Shown: positions 36,250 to 45,995, counted from the first letter of the stretch. The stretch: 60,791 nucleotides of DNA from a bacterium (GCA_026986155.1 JALSPC010000016.1:1-60791), one strand, 5' to 3'. Made by a program: numbers and translations. Notes: generated by a model not told the origin, from the sequence alone.

Positions 36250-37944
36250 ATGGAGGAAATAACAAAAAAAGAGCGGCGTGTGGGTGAGATTTTTCTCGAG
36301 CTGGGTCTCATCACGGGTGCCCAACTCAAACGCGCCATCGACCTTCAAAAAAAAGAAGCATGTTTCCTCGGTGAGGCCCTCATAAAAATTGGGGCTATAT
36401 CAAAAGACAAACTTTACTGGGTTCTCGCGGATCAATATAACCTTCCCTACATCAGCAATATCAACAGCGAGCTCATTGAGCCTGAAGCGCTCAAATCGAT
36501 ACCGGAAGAAATCGCGCGGGGATATTCCATTCTTCCCGTTCACAGCTCTGAGGACGAGCTTTCCATTGTCATCCACAACCCGACAAACACAGAAATCCTT
36601 GATACCATCAGAAAACTTACGGGGAAACACCTGAAAATCGCGATCAGCGATCGTGAAAGCATAAACGGGGCTTTAGATAATTTTTATGGCATCTCCCGGA
36701 TCCGACCCATTCCCGATAGGGGGTTGGACATTCGCTCGGACTATTTCGAAGGTTCCCAACTGACGCGGTGTATCAAGGACATCAGTGGCAGGGAGTTCCT
36801 GAACTTCATTCTCCTGTCGGCGGAATTGGAGGGCACGCCCTCCATCCATCTCGATATGGAAGGCAACGAATTCCTTGTCAAATTCCGTCTGGGAGAGAAA
36901 CTGTTCACAAAATTCCGGGGATCCCCCGAATGGCACGGTATTTTCCTTAACCAGTTAAAAATCCTCGCGAATCTCAAGAAGGCGGGAGACAACCTCATCA
37001 CGAAGGGCCGGTTCGAATACGAGGTGCAGGAAGAAAAAGTAACTTACCGGCTTACTATCATCAAGGGACTCACGGGAGAAAAAATCATTCTTCATCCCTT
37101 TCGGGGGCTTGGGGAGTTTCTCACGCTGGACGATTTGGGGATGAGAGAGGGACAGGTCAATCTCGTCAGAAACAGGGCCCAGATTCTTCCCGGCGTTGTC
37201 CTGCTCGTCACCCCGAATTTTGACGTGATTCCACGGACGATGTCGTGCCTCTTGACCAACATGAATCTGAAAAACGACAATGTTATCACCTTCGAACGTG
37301 AAATCTTCTTCAAGAATGACCATTTTCTTCAGATAGAAACCAAGGACTTTCCAAGCGAAAGACTTCTCGACACACTGTACGAGACCTCTTCCCTTGACGT
37401 GGATGTCCTGATGATCAATGACATCAAAAATACAAAGATCCTTGAAGAAGTTCTCAATATGGCATTGAGGATCCCCAAAATTTATGGCGCGATGATTCAG
37501 GAATCCATGCCTCGCACGCTTGAAACTCTTTTCAAGATAGGGGAGGATCCCACCTTGGCCTTCCTCAATACCAACCTCATCATTTTTCAGCAACCTGTTC
37601 CGTGCCTGTGTCCGTTCTGCAAAGAAGAAACAGCTCCGGATGGTTTCATTAATCTGATTCCTGAAGACGCCATGAAAGACATTACCTTTTATAAACCGGT
37701 AGGATGCGAGCGATGCAACCAAACAGGATATCAAAAAACCATCTCCTTTTTTGAGATTCTCCCCATCACCCACGAGGTGAGGGAATTCGCCTTCATGGAT
37801 CTTCCCGTCAAAGAAAAAACTAAAAAAATATACGAGATGATACATCCCAAGATTCCAGCATTCATTTTTGAATCTCTCGGAAAGGGTGAGATTTTCTGGG
37901 GCGACGTGAAGAGGATCATCGGAAACGCCCCGGCAGCTGAATAA
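36250..37944 (+). CDS. PilB/GspE-like protein with an MshEN-type N-domain and degenerate ATPase motifs
   Basis: 564 aa. N-terminal tandem 24-aa motifs RVGEIFLELGLITGAQLKRAIDLQ, spacer KKEAC, FLGEALIKIGAISKDKLYWVLADQ. The Walker A position reads LVTPNFDVIPRT. The Asp box reads ITFEREIF. The Walker B region reads DVDVLMINDIKN. The Cys cluster CLCPFC...GCERCNQTGYQ is retained. Confidence 0.8.
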   Translation: MEEITKKERRVGEIFLELGLITGAQLKRAIDLQKKEACFLGEALIKIGAISKDKLYWVLADQYNLPYISNINSELIEPEALKSIPEEIARGYSILPVHSSEDELSIVIHNPTNTEILDTIRKLTGKHLKIAISDRESINGALDNFYGISRIRPIPDRGLDIRSDYFEGSQLTRCIKDISGREFLNFILLSAELEGTPSIHLDMEGNEFLVKFRLGEKLFTKFRGSPEWHGIFLNQLKILANLKKAGDNLITKGRFEYEVQEEKVTYRLTIIKGLTGEKIILHPFRGLGEFLTLDDLGMREGQVNLVRNRAQILPGVVLLVTPNFDVIPRTMSCLLTNMNLKNDNVITFEREIFFKNDHFLQIETKDFPSERLLDTLYETSSLDVDVLMINDIKNTKILEEVLNMALRIPKIYGAMIQESMPRTLETLFKIGEDPTLAFLNTNLIIFQQPVPCLCPFCKEETAPDGFINLIPEDAMKDITFYKPVGCERCNQTGYQKTISFFEILPITHEVREFAFMDLPVKEKTKKIYEMIHPKIPAFIFESLGKGEIFWGDVKRIIGNAPAAE

Positions 37945-38013
37945 CCACCCCGCTTGCCATGCACAAAGCGAAGTTCATCCATTCGAAGGCGCCACATCGA
38001 GAGAACGCTTCCA

Positions 38014-38478
38014 ATGATCGAAAAAATCCCAGGGCGTTTCTACATCGATCCTACCGTCCGGCGGCTCGGCAAATGGCTGCGATATCTCGGCTTTGACGCC
38101 CCTTTTACCGGCCCACGAACCTCACCTCCTTTGGATGGTTATCTCATCACGAAAAGAAAGTCCGGGATCCAGCCCTCCCCCCGCGTTCTCTTTGTTCCTC
38201 ACGACCGCATCGAAAAACAGCTACCATGGTTTATCGAACGCTTCAAAGACGAAATAAACCCTGCCGTCTTGGGAAACCGATGCATTCGTTGCAACGAAAC
38301 GCTAATTGAAATACCAAAGGAAGATGTAATGAATCTCATCCCTGACTATGTTTTTCAAACACAAACCCACTTCAAAGAATGCCCAAGATGTCATAAGATC
38401 TACTGGAAAGGCTCACACGTGAGCAGAATGCGGGCATTTCTTGCGGGCATCTGTTCATCCATAGAGATAGATTCATGA
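38014..38478 (+). CDS. Mut7-C (DUF82) PIN-like RNase domain protein with a zinc ribbon
   Basis: Start at MIEKIPGRFYIDPTVRRLGKWLRYLGFD. C-terminal CIRCN...CPRCHKIYWKGSH. Confidence 0.75.
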   Translation: MIEKIPGRFYIDPTVRRLGKWLRYLGFDAPFTGPRTSPPLDGYLITKRKSGIQPSPRVLFVPHDRIEKQLPWFIERFKDEINPAVLGNRCIRCNETLIEIPKEDVMNLIPDYVFQTQTHFKECPRCHKIYWKGSHVSRMRAFLAGICSSIEIDS

Positions 38479-39032
38479 TCAGGATTACCGGTGGACGTTT
38501 CAAAGGGAGATCCATCAAGACCCCAAAAGGGAAAAAGGTGCGCCCCACCCGTTCCATGATTCGAGAGGCCATCTTTAACATGATTGGACCCCGGATCGTT
38601 GAGGCCACAGTTTTGGATCTTTTCTCCGGAAGCGGCCTGCTCGGCATCGAGGCGAAAAGCCGCGGGGCCGCCAAGGTTTTCTTCGTAGAGCAGAGCAGGA
38701 ATGTTTGTAAAATTCTCAGAGAAAATATCGCCTCACTCATGGAAGCCCCCGAAGATCCTGTCCTATGTCTGCCAGCATTGAAGGCGATAAAACTCCTCCA
38801 TCGGACAGGTGTACGGTTCGATCTCGTTTTGATGGATCCTCCCTATGCCCTGGAAACCGGCCCCATATTGAATGCCCTATCGGCAACTGGTATGTTAAAA
38901 CTTGAAGGATGGATCGTGATGGAAAGGGGAAAACTGTCGGCAAACGCCAAACTGCCGTCGGGGCTTGTGGAGATCAAGAGAAAAATATACGGGACGACGA
39001 CGATTTATGTCCTTGAAGCTCGTATCCATTAA
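38475..39032 (+). CDS. rsmD: 16S rRNA (guanine966-N2)-methyltransferase RsmD
   Basis: 185 aa. [32 protein letters not shown]. Confidence 0.85.
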   Translation: MIRITGGRFKGRSIKTPKGKKVRPTRSMIREAIFNMIGPRIVEATVLDLFSGSGLLGIEAKSRGAAKVFFVEQSRNVCKILRENIASLMEAPEDPVLCLPALKAIKLLHRTGVRFDLVLMDPPYALETGPILNALSATGMLKLEGWIVMERGKLSANAKLPSGLVEIKRKIYGTTTIYVLEARIH

Positions 39033-39054
39033 TTCCAATCGAGCGAGGGGGAAA

Positions 39055-39543
39055 ATGATAAAAGCTATCTACCCAGGATCCTTCGATCCCATAACCTATG
39101 GACATCTTGACATCATCGAAAGAGGACTCGGGGTTTTCGACCATGTCGTCGTGGCCGTCGCCCACAACATCGAGAAAAGAGGACTTTTCAACCTCGAAGA
39201 GAGAAAGGCGCTTATTCAGGAAGCGGTAAGGGATCACAGTCGCGTGACGGTCGACAGTTTTGAAGGATTGCTGGTTGATTACGTGGAACGTGTGGGAGGA
39301 AACGTAATCATAAGGGGATTGCGCGCGACTTCGGATTTTGAATACGAATTTCACATGGCCTCCATCAACCGCCACCTGAACGAACGTTTTGACACCTTCT
39401 TTATGATGACCGCCAAGGATTACTTTTTCGTCAGTTCCCGGACCATCAAGGAAGTCGCCATGCTTGGGGGTAGCGTAAAGGGATTGGTCCCCGAAAATGT
39501 GGAAAGAGCCTTAAAGATTAAATTCAAGACGTTAGTGGACTAA
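39055..39543 (+). CDS. coaD: Phosphopantetheine adenylyltransferase
   Basis: Start at [21 protein letters not shown] with a GAGGGGG SD. The upstream extension in the track is rejected. Confidence 0.95.
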   Translation: MIKAIYPGSFDPITYGHLDIIERGLGVFDHVVVAVAHNIEKRGLFNLEERKALIQEAVRDHSRVTVDSFEGLLVDYVERVGGNVIIRGLRATSDFEYEFHMASINRHLNERFDTFFMMTAKDYFFVSSRTIKEVAMLGGSVKGLVPENVERALKIKFKTLVD

Positions 39544-40806
39544 GGTGGAGACAAAGACGAACTCGATACCATTTTTTAGGTATCCCGGAAGGGCCTTTTT
39601 CAAAGCCAGGTAGGTGGCGCGGTGGGGATGCCCGATCCCCACTGCGTATCCCCGTTTCTTCGCTTCTTCGATGAGCCTGTCGAGCTGCTCTCTTATTTTC
39701 TGAACATCCCGGGTGTTGTCCAGGAACACGTCCCGTTTAACGGTGGGAATCCCGCATTCCCGCGCCACTTGATACCCGACTGATTTCCTGGACGTGCGGC
39801 TGTCGAGAAAAATTTTCTTTCTTTTTTTCAAAACCTCCATGACTATCTTCATTCCTCTCCGTTCACTGGTAAATCGGGACCCCATATGGTTGTTGATGCC
39901 GCACACCTCAGGAATTTGATCGAGATCTTGGTTAAGTTGTTTCACGAGCTCGCTCGAAGTCATACTCACATACAAAGCTCCAGTTCCAGGATCCTTCCCT
40001 TTTCCAGGATACCCTTCAGGCTCCATGGGAAGGTGCATGAGAATATCATATCCCTTCGACACGGCCTCCCTGGCGATCTCCCTGGCGTGTGGCGCGAAAG
40101 GAAATATGGAAAGCGTGACAGGAACGGGCAGATTGAGCAAGTCACGGGCAATGCCGAGATCGTTTCCGATATCATCAATGACGATAGCCACTCTGGGCTT
40201 TTTAACTTTCTCCCGCGGCGGCGGCTTCACTTCCTCGCGCTTCAAGGGTTTTCGGGCTGCTTCTGGATAAACGACGACCGGAGGCGGAATAAAGGCAAGA
40301 CGCCACGTCACACGCCTGCCACAAAGAATACTGAGGCTTCCATGCCTTTTCTTGACAATCTTGATCCCTTTGTAAAGATGGCCAAGTTCCTTTGAAAGCG
40401 CCCGATAAACCCTCTGGAATCCACGTTGATCAGCGCGCAGGGTAAACGAAGTCACACCACCCTGGGTTTTCCATCGAACATCGTTCTTGGAAAATCCATT
40501 CTGAAAAAGAATCCCTTGGATAATCGCGCCGATTTCTCTTTGATTCTGAAGGCATGAACGGCGCGCCTTAATTTCCCGGCCGTGATAGCGAAGGAATATC
40601 CATGATGTGGCGGCAAGAATAACGGCAAGTCCTGTAAGGATAAGCACGACATGTTTTAGCGTGAGAGATCGCTTGCGCTTTTTTTTCGCCGGCTTGCGAG
40701 ACCTTCGCGTAGAGGCCGGCTTAGACCCTTTTGCGCTGGATGTTCGCCTTTTATGAGATGAGCGCGTGGAAGATGATCGTCTCCCACGGGATATTTTTCG
40801 CGCCAT
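39532..40806 (-). CDS. Divergent polysaccharide deacetylase family protein (YibQ-like) with a basic N-tail and TM segment
   Basis: 424 aa. [11 protein letters not shown] and NNHMGSRFT motifs. Its 3' end overlaps coaD convergently by 12 nt. Confidence 0.8.
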   Translation of the reverse strand: MARKISRGRRSSSTRSSHKRRTSSAKGSKPASTRRSRKPAKKKRKRSLTLKHVVLILTGLAVILAATSWIFLRYHGREIKARRSCLQNQREIGAIIQGILFQNGFSKNDVRWKTQGGVTSFTLRADQRGFQRVYRALSKELGHLYKGIKIVKKRHGSLSILCGRRVTWRLAFIPPPVVVYPEAARKPLKREEVKPPPREKVKKPRVAIVIDDIGNDLGIARDLLNLPVPVTLSIFPFAPHAREIAREAVSKGYDILMHLPMEPEGYPGKGKDPGTGALYVSMTSSELVKQLNQDLDQIPEVCGINNHMGSRFTSERRGMKIVMEVLKKRKKIFLDSRTSRKSVGYQVARECGIPTVKRDVFLDNTRDVQKIREQLDRLIEEAKKRGYAVGIGHPHRATYLALKKALPGYLKNGIEFVFVSTLVH

Positions 40807-40842
40807 AATCCTATATCAGAGTCTTTCTGATTTTTTCGACCC

Positions 40843-42198
40843 TCAATGGGCAGGCCGCCCAGCAATGCCCAGGATCCTGGCGCCTTTAAGGACCTCTATA
40901 GCCCGTTCAATGAGGGGATCTTTTGGAATCTTCGCCTGCGCTTCCCCCCCTTTTGTCTTCTCCCCCTCTTTCACCGCCTTGTTTTTGGCACCTTCCAGGT
41001 GATGCTCCAGGTCTTTTTCCTTGATAAAGGGGTGTTCCTTGACCTTTTCCTTCCCAGCCTGGAGCTCCGCCATTAAGATTTTCTGCGGCACAACGATATC
41101 CGGAGTAATGCCCTCCGCCTGGATGGATCGGCCGCTTGGGGTGTAATAAAGAGCCGTTGTCAACCTTAGACCGGACCCATCACTCAAAGGTATAATCGTC
41201 TGGACAGAACCTTTCCCAAAGGTCTGTTCTCCCATAATGACTCCCCTGTGGTGGTCCTGAATCGCCCCGGCCACAATCTCCGAGGCACTCGCGCTTCCCC
41301 CATTCGTCAAAACAACCAGAGGGTATGTCACAATCGTTGTCGAGGCCTTGGCCTGGAATGCGATATTGTCTCCTTCATCCCTTCCCTTTATGGAGACAAT
41401 GAGACCCTTGTCGATAAAACGATCCGCGATTTTTACCGCCTGATTGAGCAACCCGCCGGGATTATTTCTCAAATCGAGAACCATTCCCTCGATCTTATCC
41501 TGACTCTCCCTTTCAAGTTTCTCGACGGCATTGACAAAATCGCTGTCGGTTCTTTCCTGGAACTGCGAAATCCTGATATAGGCGTAATGGCCTTCGAAAA
41601 GTTTAGAGCGCACGCTTCGAATTTTAATAATGTCCCGAACAATGGTAAAATCTCTTGGACGCGTAAATCCTTTGCGCATGATGGTAATCGTAACCTTCGT
41701 TCCCTTCTTTCCGCGTAACTTCCGGACGGTATCCATCAAGGTCATGTTTTTCGTCGGTTTTCCTTCAATGGCGATGATCTGATCCCCCGCCTTGATGCCA
41801 GCCTTAAAAGCGGGTGTCCCCTCGATGGGAGAAATAACCGTCAACACACCGTTTTTCATGGTTATTTCGATTCCAAGCCCCCCGAAGCTACCTTTCGTTT
41901 CAACCTGCATCTCCTTGTACATCTTTGGCGTCATGAAAGAGGAATGCGGATCCAAAGAGCTCAACATCCCCTTGATGGCGCCATAGATTAATTTCTTGGT
42001 TTTTACGGGCCTGACATAATCCTTTTCAATAATGTGCAAAACATCCGTAAAAACCTTCAGGCTCTCATAAGGCTCCTTGTCTGTGGCAGCCCTGATATTG
42101 AGAAGACCACCCCCCAGCAACACGCCGGCCACGGCCACGACGATCAAAATCAGCGTCAATTTCCCGATTCCGGCAGGTCGATTCCTTTTCTTATCCAT
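40843..42198 (-). CDS. ctpA: Carboxy-terminal processing protease (S41 family)
   Basis: 451 aa. PDZ domain plus the S41 catalytic region VLTNGGSASASEIVAGAIQD. Confidence 0.92.
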   Translation of the reverse strand: MDKKRNRPAGIGKLTLILIVVAVAGVLLGGGLLNIRAATDKEPYESLKVFTDVLHIIEKDYVRPVKTKKLIYGAIKGMLSSLDPHSSFMTPKMYKEMQVETKGSFGGLGIEITMKNGVLTVISPIEGTPAFKAGIKAGDQIIAIEGKPTKNMTLMDTVRKLRGKKGTKVTITIMRKGFTRPRDFTIVRDIIKIRSVRSKLFEGHYAYIRISQFQERTDSDFVNAVEKLERESQDKIEGMVLDLRNNPGGLLNQAVKIADRFIDKGLIVSIKGRDEGDNIAFQAKASTTIVTYPLVVLTNGGSASASEIVAGAIQDHHRGVIMGEQTFGKGSVQTIIPLSDGSGLRLTTALYYTPSGRSIQAEGITPDIVVPQKILMAELQAGKEKVKEHPFIKEKDLEHHLEGAKNKAVKEGEKTKGGEAQAKIPKDPLIERAIEVLKGARILGIAGRPAH

Positions 42199-42464
42199 TC
42201 CCCGTATCTCCTCTAATTAAAGATCTCGCGATTCTTAAACGAGATTCTTAACATATCGCTGTGGAAAGTGCAATATTTCCAGAACGCGTGGAAATGCTCT
42301 TTCATGGTTTTTTTGGAAATGTTTCCCCATGGAAAAGGGAACCGAAAAGGCGTAAATCCATGCCATTGTCGAAAAGGATTGATAGAAGCAGGACACATCC
42401 ATGACAAAAATTCCACAGGGCAAAGAGATTCAGGCTCCGGGAGAAATTATCCTGCCTCGTCTTC

Positions 42465-42493
42465 TTGACAGTTCGGGAAAATTTTATTATAAG
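42465..42493 (+). promoter_or_regulatory. Sigma70-type promoter candidate for tRNA-Gly/tRNA-Cys
   Basis: TTGACA, a 17-nt spacer, then TATAAG. It ends 12 nt before the tRNA 5' end. Confidence 0.5.
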
Positions 42494-42505
42494 AGGATGT
42501 CAAAA

Positions 42506-42580
<75 letters not shown>

Positions 42581-42588
42581 TTTTTTTG

Positions 42589-42663
42589 GGCGGCATAGCC
42601 AAGTGGTAAGGCGACGGTCTGCAAAACCGTTATACACCGGTTCGAATCCGGTTGCCGCCTCCA
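42589..42663 (+). tRNA. tRNA-Cys (anticodon GCA)
   Basis: Acceptor stem GGCGGCA/TGCCGCC. Anticodon loop TCTGCAAAA. T-arm CCGGTTCGAATCCGG. CCA is encoded. Confidence 0.95.
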
Positions 42664-42701
42664 TCTTTTAATGGAAACCTTCCAATCTACTGGAAATTTC
42701 C

Positions 42702-42730
42702 TTGACAGCTCAGGTACTTGAAAATATAAG
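42702..42730 (+). promoter_or_regulatory. Sigma70-type promoter candidate for the CoA-transferase/apgM operon
   Basis: TTGACA, a 17-nt spacer, then TATAAG. Confidence 0.45.
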
Positions 42731-42766
42731 ATTTTAAACTATTCTATGTAAAGGAGGATATGCTGC

Positions 42767-43954
42767 ATGGGACTTTTCGATACCATCACCGTTTTGAGCC
42801 TTGAGCAAGCCACCGTCCTGCCGTTTCTCACCTACCGCCTGGCGCAGGAAGGGATGAACATCATCCGCCTGGAGCATCCCAAGTTCGGGGATCCCAACCG
42901 CTTTATCGGCTCCAACGTCCTCAATGAAGAGGGCATGAACACCTACTTCCTGCCCAATAACTGCGGCAAGAAGGCCATCACGCTGAACCTTCGGACGCCC
43001 GAGGGTCAGAAGATCCTGAGGGAACTCATCGAAGAACTGGACGTGGACATCTTTGCCTGCAACCAGCTCCCCCGCAACTATCCCAAGTTGGGCATTGGGT
43101 ATGAAACCCTGAAGAAGATAAAACCCGACCTTATCTGGGTGGGCATCACGGGTTTCGGCCCCGACTCCAACGAGGCCGCCTACGACCCCGTCCTGCAGGC
43201 CCGGTCCGGCATCATGGACCTGACGGGCGAGAAGGACGGAGATCCTCAGGTCTTCGGCGTGCCCATCGCCGACCTCGGCACCAGCGAACACGCCTTCGGG
43301 CAGGTGATGAAGGCCCTCTACAAACGAAACGTCACCGGCGAGGGAAGCCGCATCGACATGGTGATGTTCCTCAGCACCGTCTCCTGGCTGGTCAACCCCG
43401 TCATGCTGACCAAGGACTTCCACGAAAAGATCACCCGGCGGGGCAACACCCACCAGTTCTTCGCGCCGGTCTCCGTCTATCCCACCAGCGACGGCTACGT
43501 CTACATCGCTGTGGGCAACGACCGCCAGTGGGATACCTTCACCGATTTCCCCGAGTTCGCGCATCTGAAGAAACCGGAATACGAAAAGAACGCGGGGCGG
43601 ATCGCCGACGTGGAAAACCTCAACAAGGAAATCATCAAGGTCACAAAGACCTTTACCACAGACGAAATCATCCGGAAATTCACCGAGGCCACCATCCCTA
43701 TCTCCAAGGTCAACACCATGGAGGACGTGGTGGAGGATCCCATGATCAAAGATGCCATGATCACGGCCACCGACCCCCGCTCGGGCATGACGGTGCACCT
43801 GCCGCCTCCCGTGGCCAAGACGGACCACCTCGAGTCCCTTGGCTATTCCCTCTCCTTCCCGCCCCGGTTCGGGGAACACAACGAAGAGATCTACGGCATG
43901 CTGGGCTACGGCCCCGATGAGCTGAAGGAATTCAAGGAAAAGGGGATCATCTGA
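42767..43954 (+). CDS. Family III CoA-transferase (CaiB/BaiF family)
   Basis: 395 aa. N-terminus TVLSLEQATVLPFLTYRLAQEGMNIIRLEHPKFGDPNR. AAAGGAGG SD. Confidence 0.88.
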   Translation: MGLFDTITVLSLEQATVLPFLTYRLAQEGMNIIRLEHPKFGDPNRFIGSNVLNEEGMNTYFLPNNCGKKAITLNLRTPEGQKILRELIEELDVDIFACNQLPRNYPKLGIGYETLKKIKPDLIWVGITGFGPDSNEAAYDPVLQARSGIMDLTGEKDGDPQVFGVPIADLGTSEHAFGQVMKALYKRNVTGEGSRIDMVMFLSTVSWLVNPVMLTKDFHEKITRRGNTHQFFAPVSVYPTSDGYVYIAVGNDRQWDTFTDFPEFAHLKKPEYEKNAGRIADVENLNKEIIKVTKTFTTDEIIRKFTEATIPISKVNTMEDVVEDPMIKDAMITATDPRSGMTVHLPPPVAKTDHLESLGYSLSFPPRFGEHNEEIYGMLGYGPDELKEFKEKGII

Positions 43955-45153
43955 TGCACCCGGATATCCTGACTTCTCTCGTCACCAAGACGGACAGCAA
44001 GATCGTCCTCCTCGTCATGGACGGCGTGGGCGGGCTTCCCATTGATGGCAAAACGGAACTGGAGGCGGCAAACACGCCGAACCTGGACCGTCTGGTCGAG
44101 AAAAACGTCTGCGGGTTCACCGACTCCATCGAACGGGGGATCACCGCGGGCAGCGGACCCGGTCACCTCGGCCTGTTCGGATATGATCCCACGGAATACG
44201 AGATCGGACGCGGGGTCCTGGAGGCCTTGGGCGTGGGCCTGGAAATGACGCCGCGTGACGTGGCCGCCCGGGGAAACTTCGCCACCCGTGACGAAACATC
44301 CATCACGGACCGGCGGGCCGGCCGGATTCCCACCGCGCTGAACCAAAAGCTCTGCGCCAAGATCGCCGCGGCTATCCCGAAAGTCGACGGTGTGGAAATC
44401 ATCGTCCATTCTGGGATGGAACATCGCTTCGTCGTCCTCTTCCGGGGAGACGGACTGGACGGCAGGATCGCCGACGCGGATCCCCAGCAGGTGGGCCTCC
44501 CCCCCAAGCTGGCCACGGCCCTGGCCCCCGAGGCGGAACACACCGTCGAGATCGTCAACACCTTCATCCGGAAAGTGGAAGAGGTCCTGAAGGACGAGCA
44601 CCCCGCCAATACCATCCTGCTCAGGGGATTCGCCAAGTATCCCGACATCCCCAGCATGGAACAGCGCTTCGGCCTCACCCCGGCGGCCATCGCCACCTAC
44701 CCCATGTACCGGGGCCTCGCCAAGCTGGTGGGAATGACCCTGCTTGACACGGGAACGACCGTGGCGGACGAGATCCAAACCCTCGGGGAGCACTGGGACG
44801 CCTTCGATTTCTTCTTCGTCCACGTGAAGAAAACGGACAGTTACGGCGAGGACGGCAACTTCGAGAAAAAGGTCTCCGTCATTGAGGAGGTGGACCGGGC
44901 CATCCCCGATCTTCTCGCCTTGAAACCCGATGTTCTGGTTATCACGGCGGACCATTCTACCCCTTCCCTGTTGAAGGCCCACAGTTGGCATCCCAACCCG
45001 TTTCTCCTGGTCAACCGTTACATCCGCCCCGACGAAGTCACCCGTTTCAGCGAACGGGCCTTCGCCCACGGCGGGTTGGGCCGGTTTCCGGCGAAGGACG
45101 GTATCGCCCTGATGCTGGCGCACGCCCTGAAACTGAAAAAATTCGGGGCATAG
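43954..45153 (+). CDS. apgM: Cofactor-independent phosphoglycerate mutase, archaeal ApgM type
   Basis: 399 aa. IVLLVMDGVGGLP...ANTPNLDRL...ITADHSTP, placing it in the alkaline-phosphatase superfamily. ATGA-type overlap with the upstream gene. Confidence 0.85.
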   Translation: MHPDILTSLVTKTDSKIVLLVMDGVGGLPIDGKTELEAANTPNLDRLVEKNVCGFTDSIERGITAGSGPGHLGLFGYDPTEYEIGRGVLEALGVGLEMTPRDVAARGNFATRDETSITDRRAGRIPTALNQKLCAKIAAAIPKVDGVEIIVHSGMEHRFVVLFRGDGLDGRIADADPQQVGLPPKLATALAPEAEHTVEIVNTFIRKVEEVLKDEHPANTILLRGFAKYPDIPSMEQRFGLTPAAIATYPMYRGLAKLVGMTLLDTGTTVADEIQTLGEHWDAFDFFFVHVKKTDSYGEDGNFEKKVSVIEEVDRAIPDLLALKPDVLVITADHSTPSLLKAHSWHPNPFLLVNRYIRPDEVTRFSERAFAHGGLGRFPAKDGIALMLAHALKLKKFGA

Positions 45154-45157
45154 ATTG

Positions 45158-45268
45158 TTAGGTAGAAGGTAGAAGCCTGAAGGGCGACCGCTTCGCGGTC
45201 TTGAAGTCCGAAGTCTGAAGTGTGTTTTACTTCAGCCTTCAGTCTTCAGCCTTCCACCTTCTACCTAA
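45158..45268. repeat. Long palindromic intergenic repeat, copy 1
   Basis: Left arm: TTAGGTAGAAGGTAGAAG...GAAGTCCGAAGTCTGAAG, containing an inner hairpin GACCGC-TTC-GCGGTC. Right arm: CTTCAGCCTTCAGTCTTCAGCCTTCCACCTTCTACCTAA. Confidence 0.6.
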
Positions 45269-45299
45269 ACAAACGCCCGAACAGAAAGGAGGCCATCCA

Positions 45300-45752
45300 A
45301 TGTTCAAGAAGATACTCTTTTGCACGGACCTGTCGGAAAACAGCGATACCACCTTTCCCTACGCCCATGACCTGGCCAAGAAATACCAGGCCAAGCTCTA
45401 CATCGTCCACGTCATTGAACAGCCGCCGCAGACGGGATTCGTGGACCTCTACGTGACGGAAGATATTCGTGAAAAGATTAAGAAAGAACGGTCCGACTAC
45501 GTGAAGAACGAAATCGATTCCCGTTACATCTCCAAGATGGGGAATTTCACCGACTATGAGGTCGTCAGTCTGGAATCCTCCGAGGCTCCTTACTATCCCA
45601 TTCTCGAGATTGCCAGGGAGAAGGACGTGGACCTCATCGTGATGGGCACCCATGGCAGGACGGGTATCGAGAAGGCCATCTTCGGAAGTGTGGCCGAGCG
45701 GGTCTGCCGCCGGGCCCACTGCGCCGTCTTGACGATACGCGCGGAAAAATAA
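45300..45752 (+). CDS. Universal stress protein (UspA family)
   Basis: Start at MFKKILFCTDLSENSD with an AAAGGAGG SD. C-terminal motif LIVMGTHGRTGIEKAIFGSVAERV. The upstream extension in the track translates the repeat and is rejected. Confidence 0.85.
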   Translation: MFKKILFCTDLSENSDTTFPYAHDLAKKYQAKLYIVHVIEQPPQTGFVDLYVTEDIREKIKKERSDYVKNEIDSRYISKMGNFTDYEVVSLESSEAPYYPILEIAREKDVDLIVMGTHGRTGIEKAIFGSVAERVCRRAHCAVLTIRAEK

Positions 45753-45785
45753 ATCGGATTTGAAGGCCCAGTTCTCTGTCCGGTT

Positions 45786-45968
45786 GCTCGGTCTCCCTTC
45801 GGACGAGAATTCCTCCTGCCGCCAGGGCGCCGCGCGCGCCGGAGCGTGTCCGCAGGGTTTTCGCGAGCGGGATAAACAACCTCACCGCGGAGAACGGCTG
45901 CAACCTGGGAAAGCCCATGGTTTTCAGGGCGATGGGGGACCTCAATCTGATCCGGGACGAGTCCGAGC
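45786..45968 (+). promoter_or_regulatory. Candidate structured GC-rich 5' leader (possible riboswitch) of the FmdE-like gene
   Basis: The 243-nt spacer has no plausible ORF. There is long-range complementarity between GCTCGGTCTCCC (near 45787) and GGGACGAGTCCGAGC (near 45954). Internal hairpins include GGG-AAAG-CCC. Confidence 0.25.
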
Positions 45969-45995
45969 CGCTCAAAACAAGCGAGGGATAAATCC

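Noticed and set aside
42734-45123. Minus-strand ORFs of 381 aa and 405 aa (42734..43879 and 43906..45123)
   Set aside because: They are antisense to the well-supported CoA-transferase and ApgM-like genes, and their sequence is low-complexity.
45810-45830. ZTP (pfl) riboswitch, suggested by CCGCCAGGGCGCC, which resembles the CCGCCUGGGC pseudoknot strand
   Set aside because: The upstream part lacks the GGGUCGUGAC...ACCGGGCGGA core. This single short similarity is insufficient.
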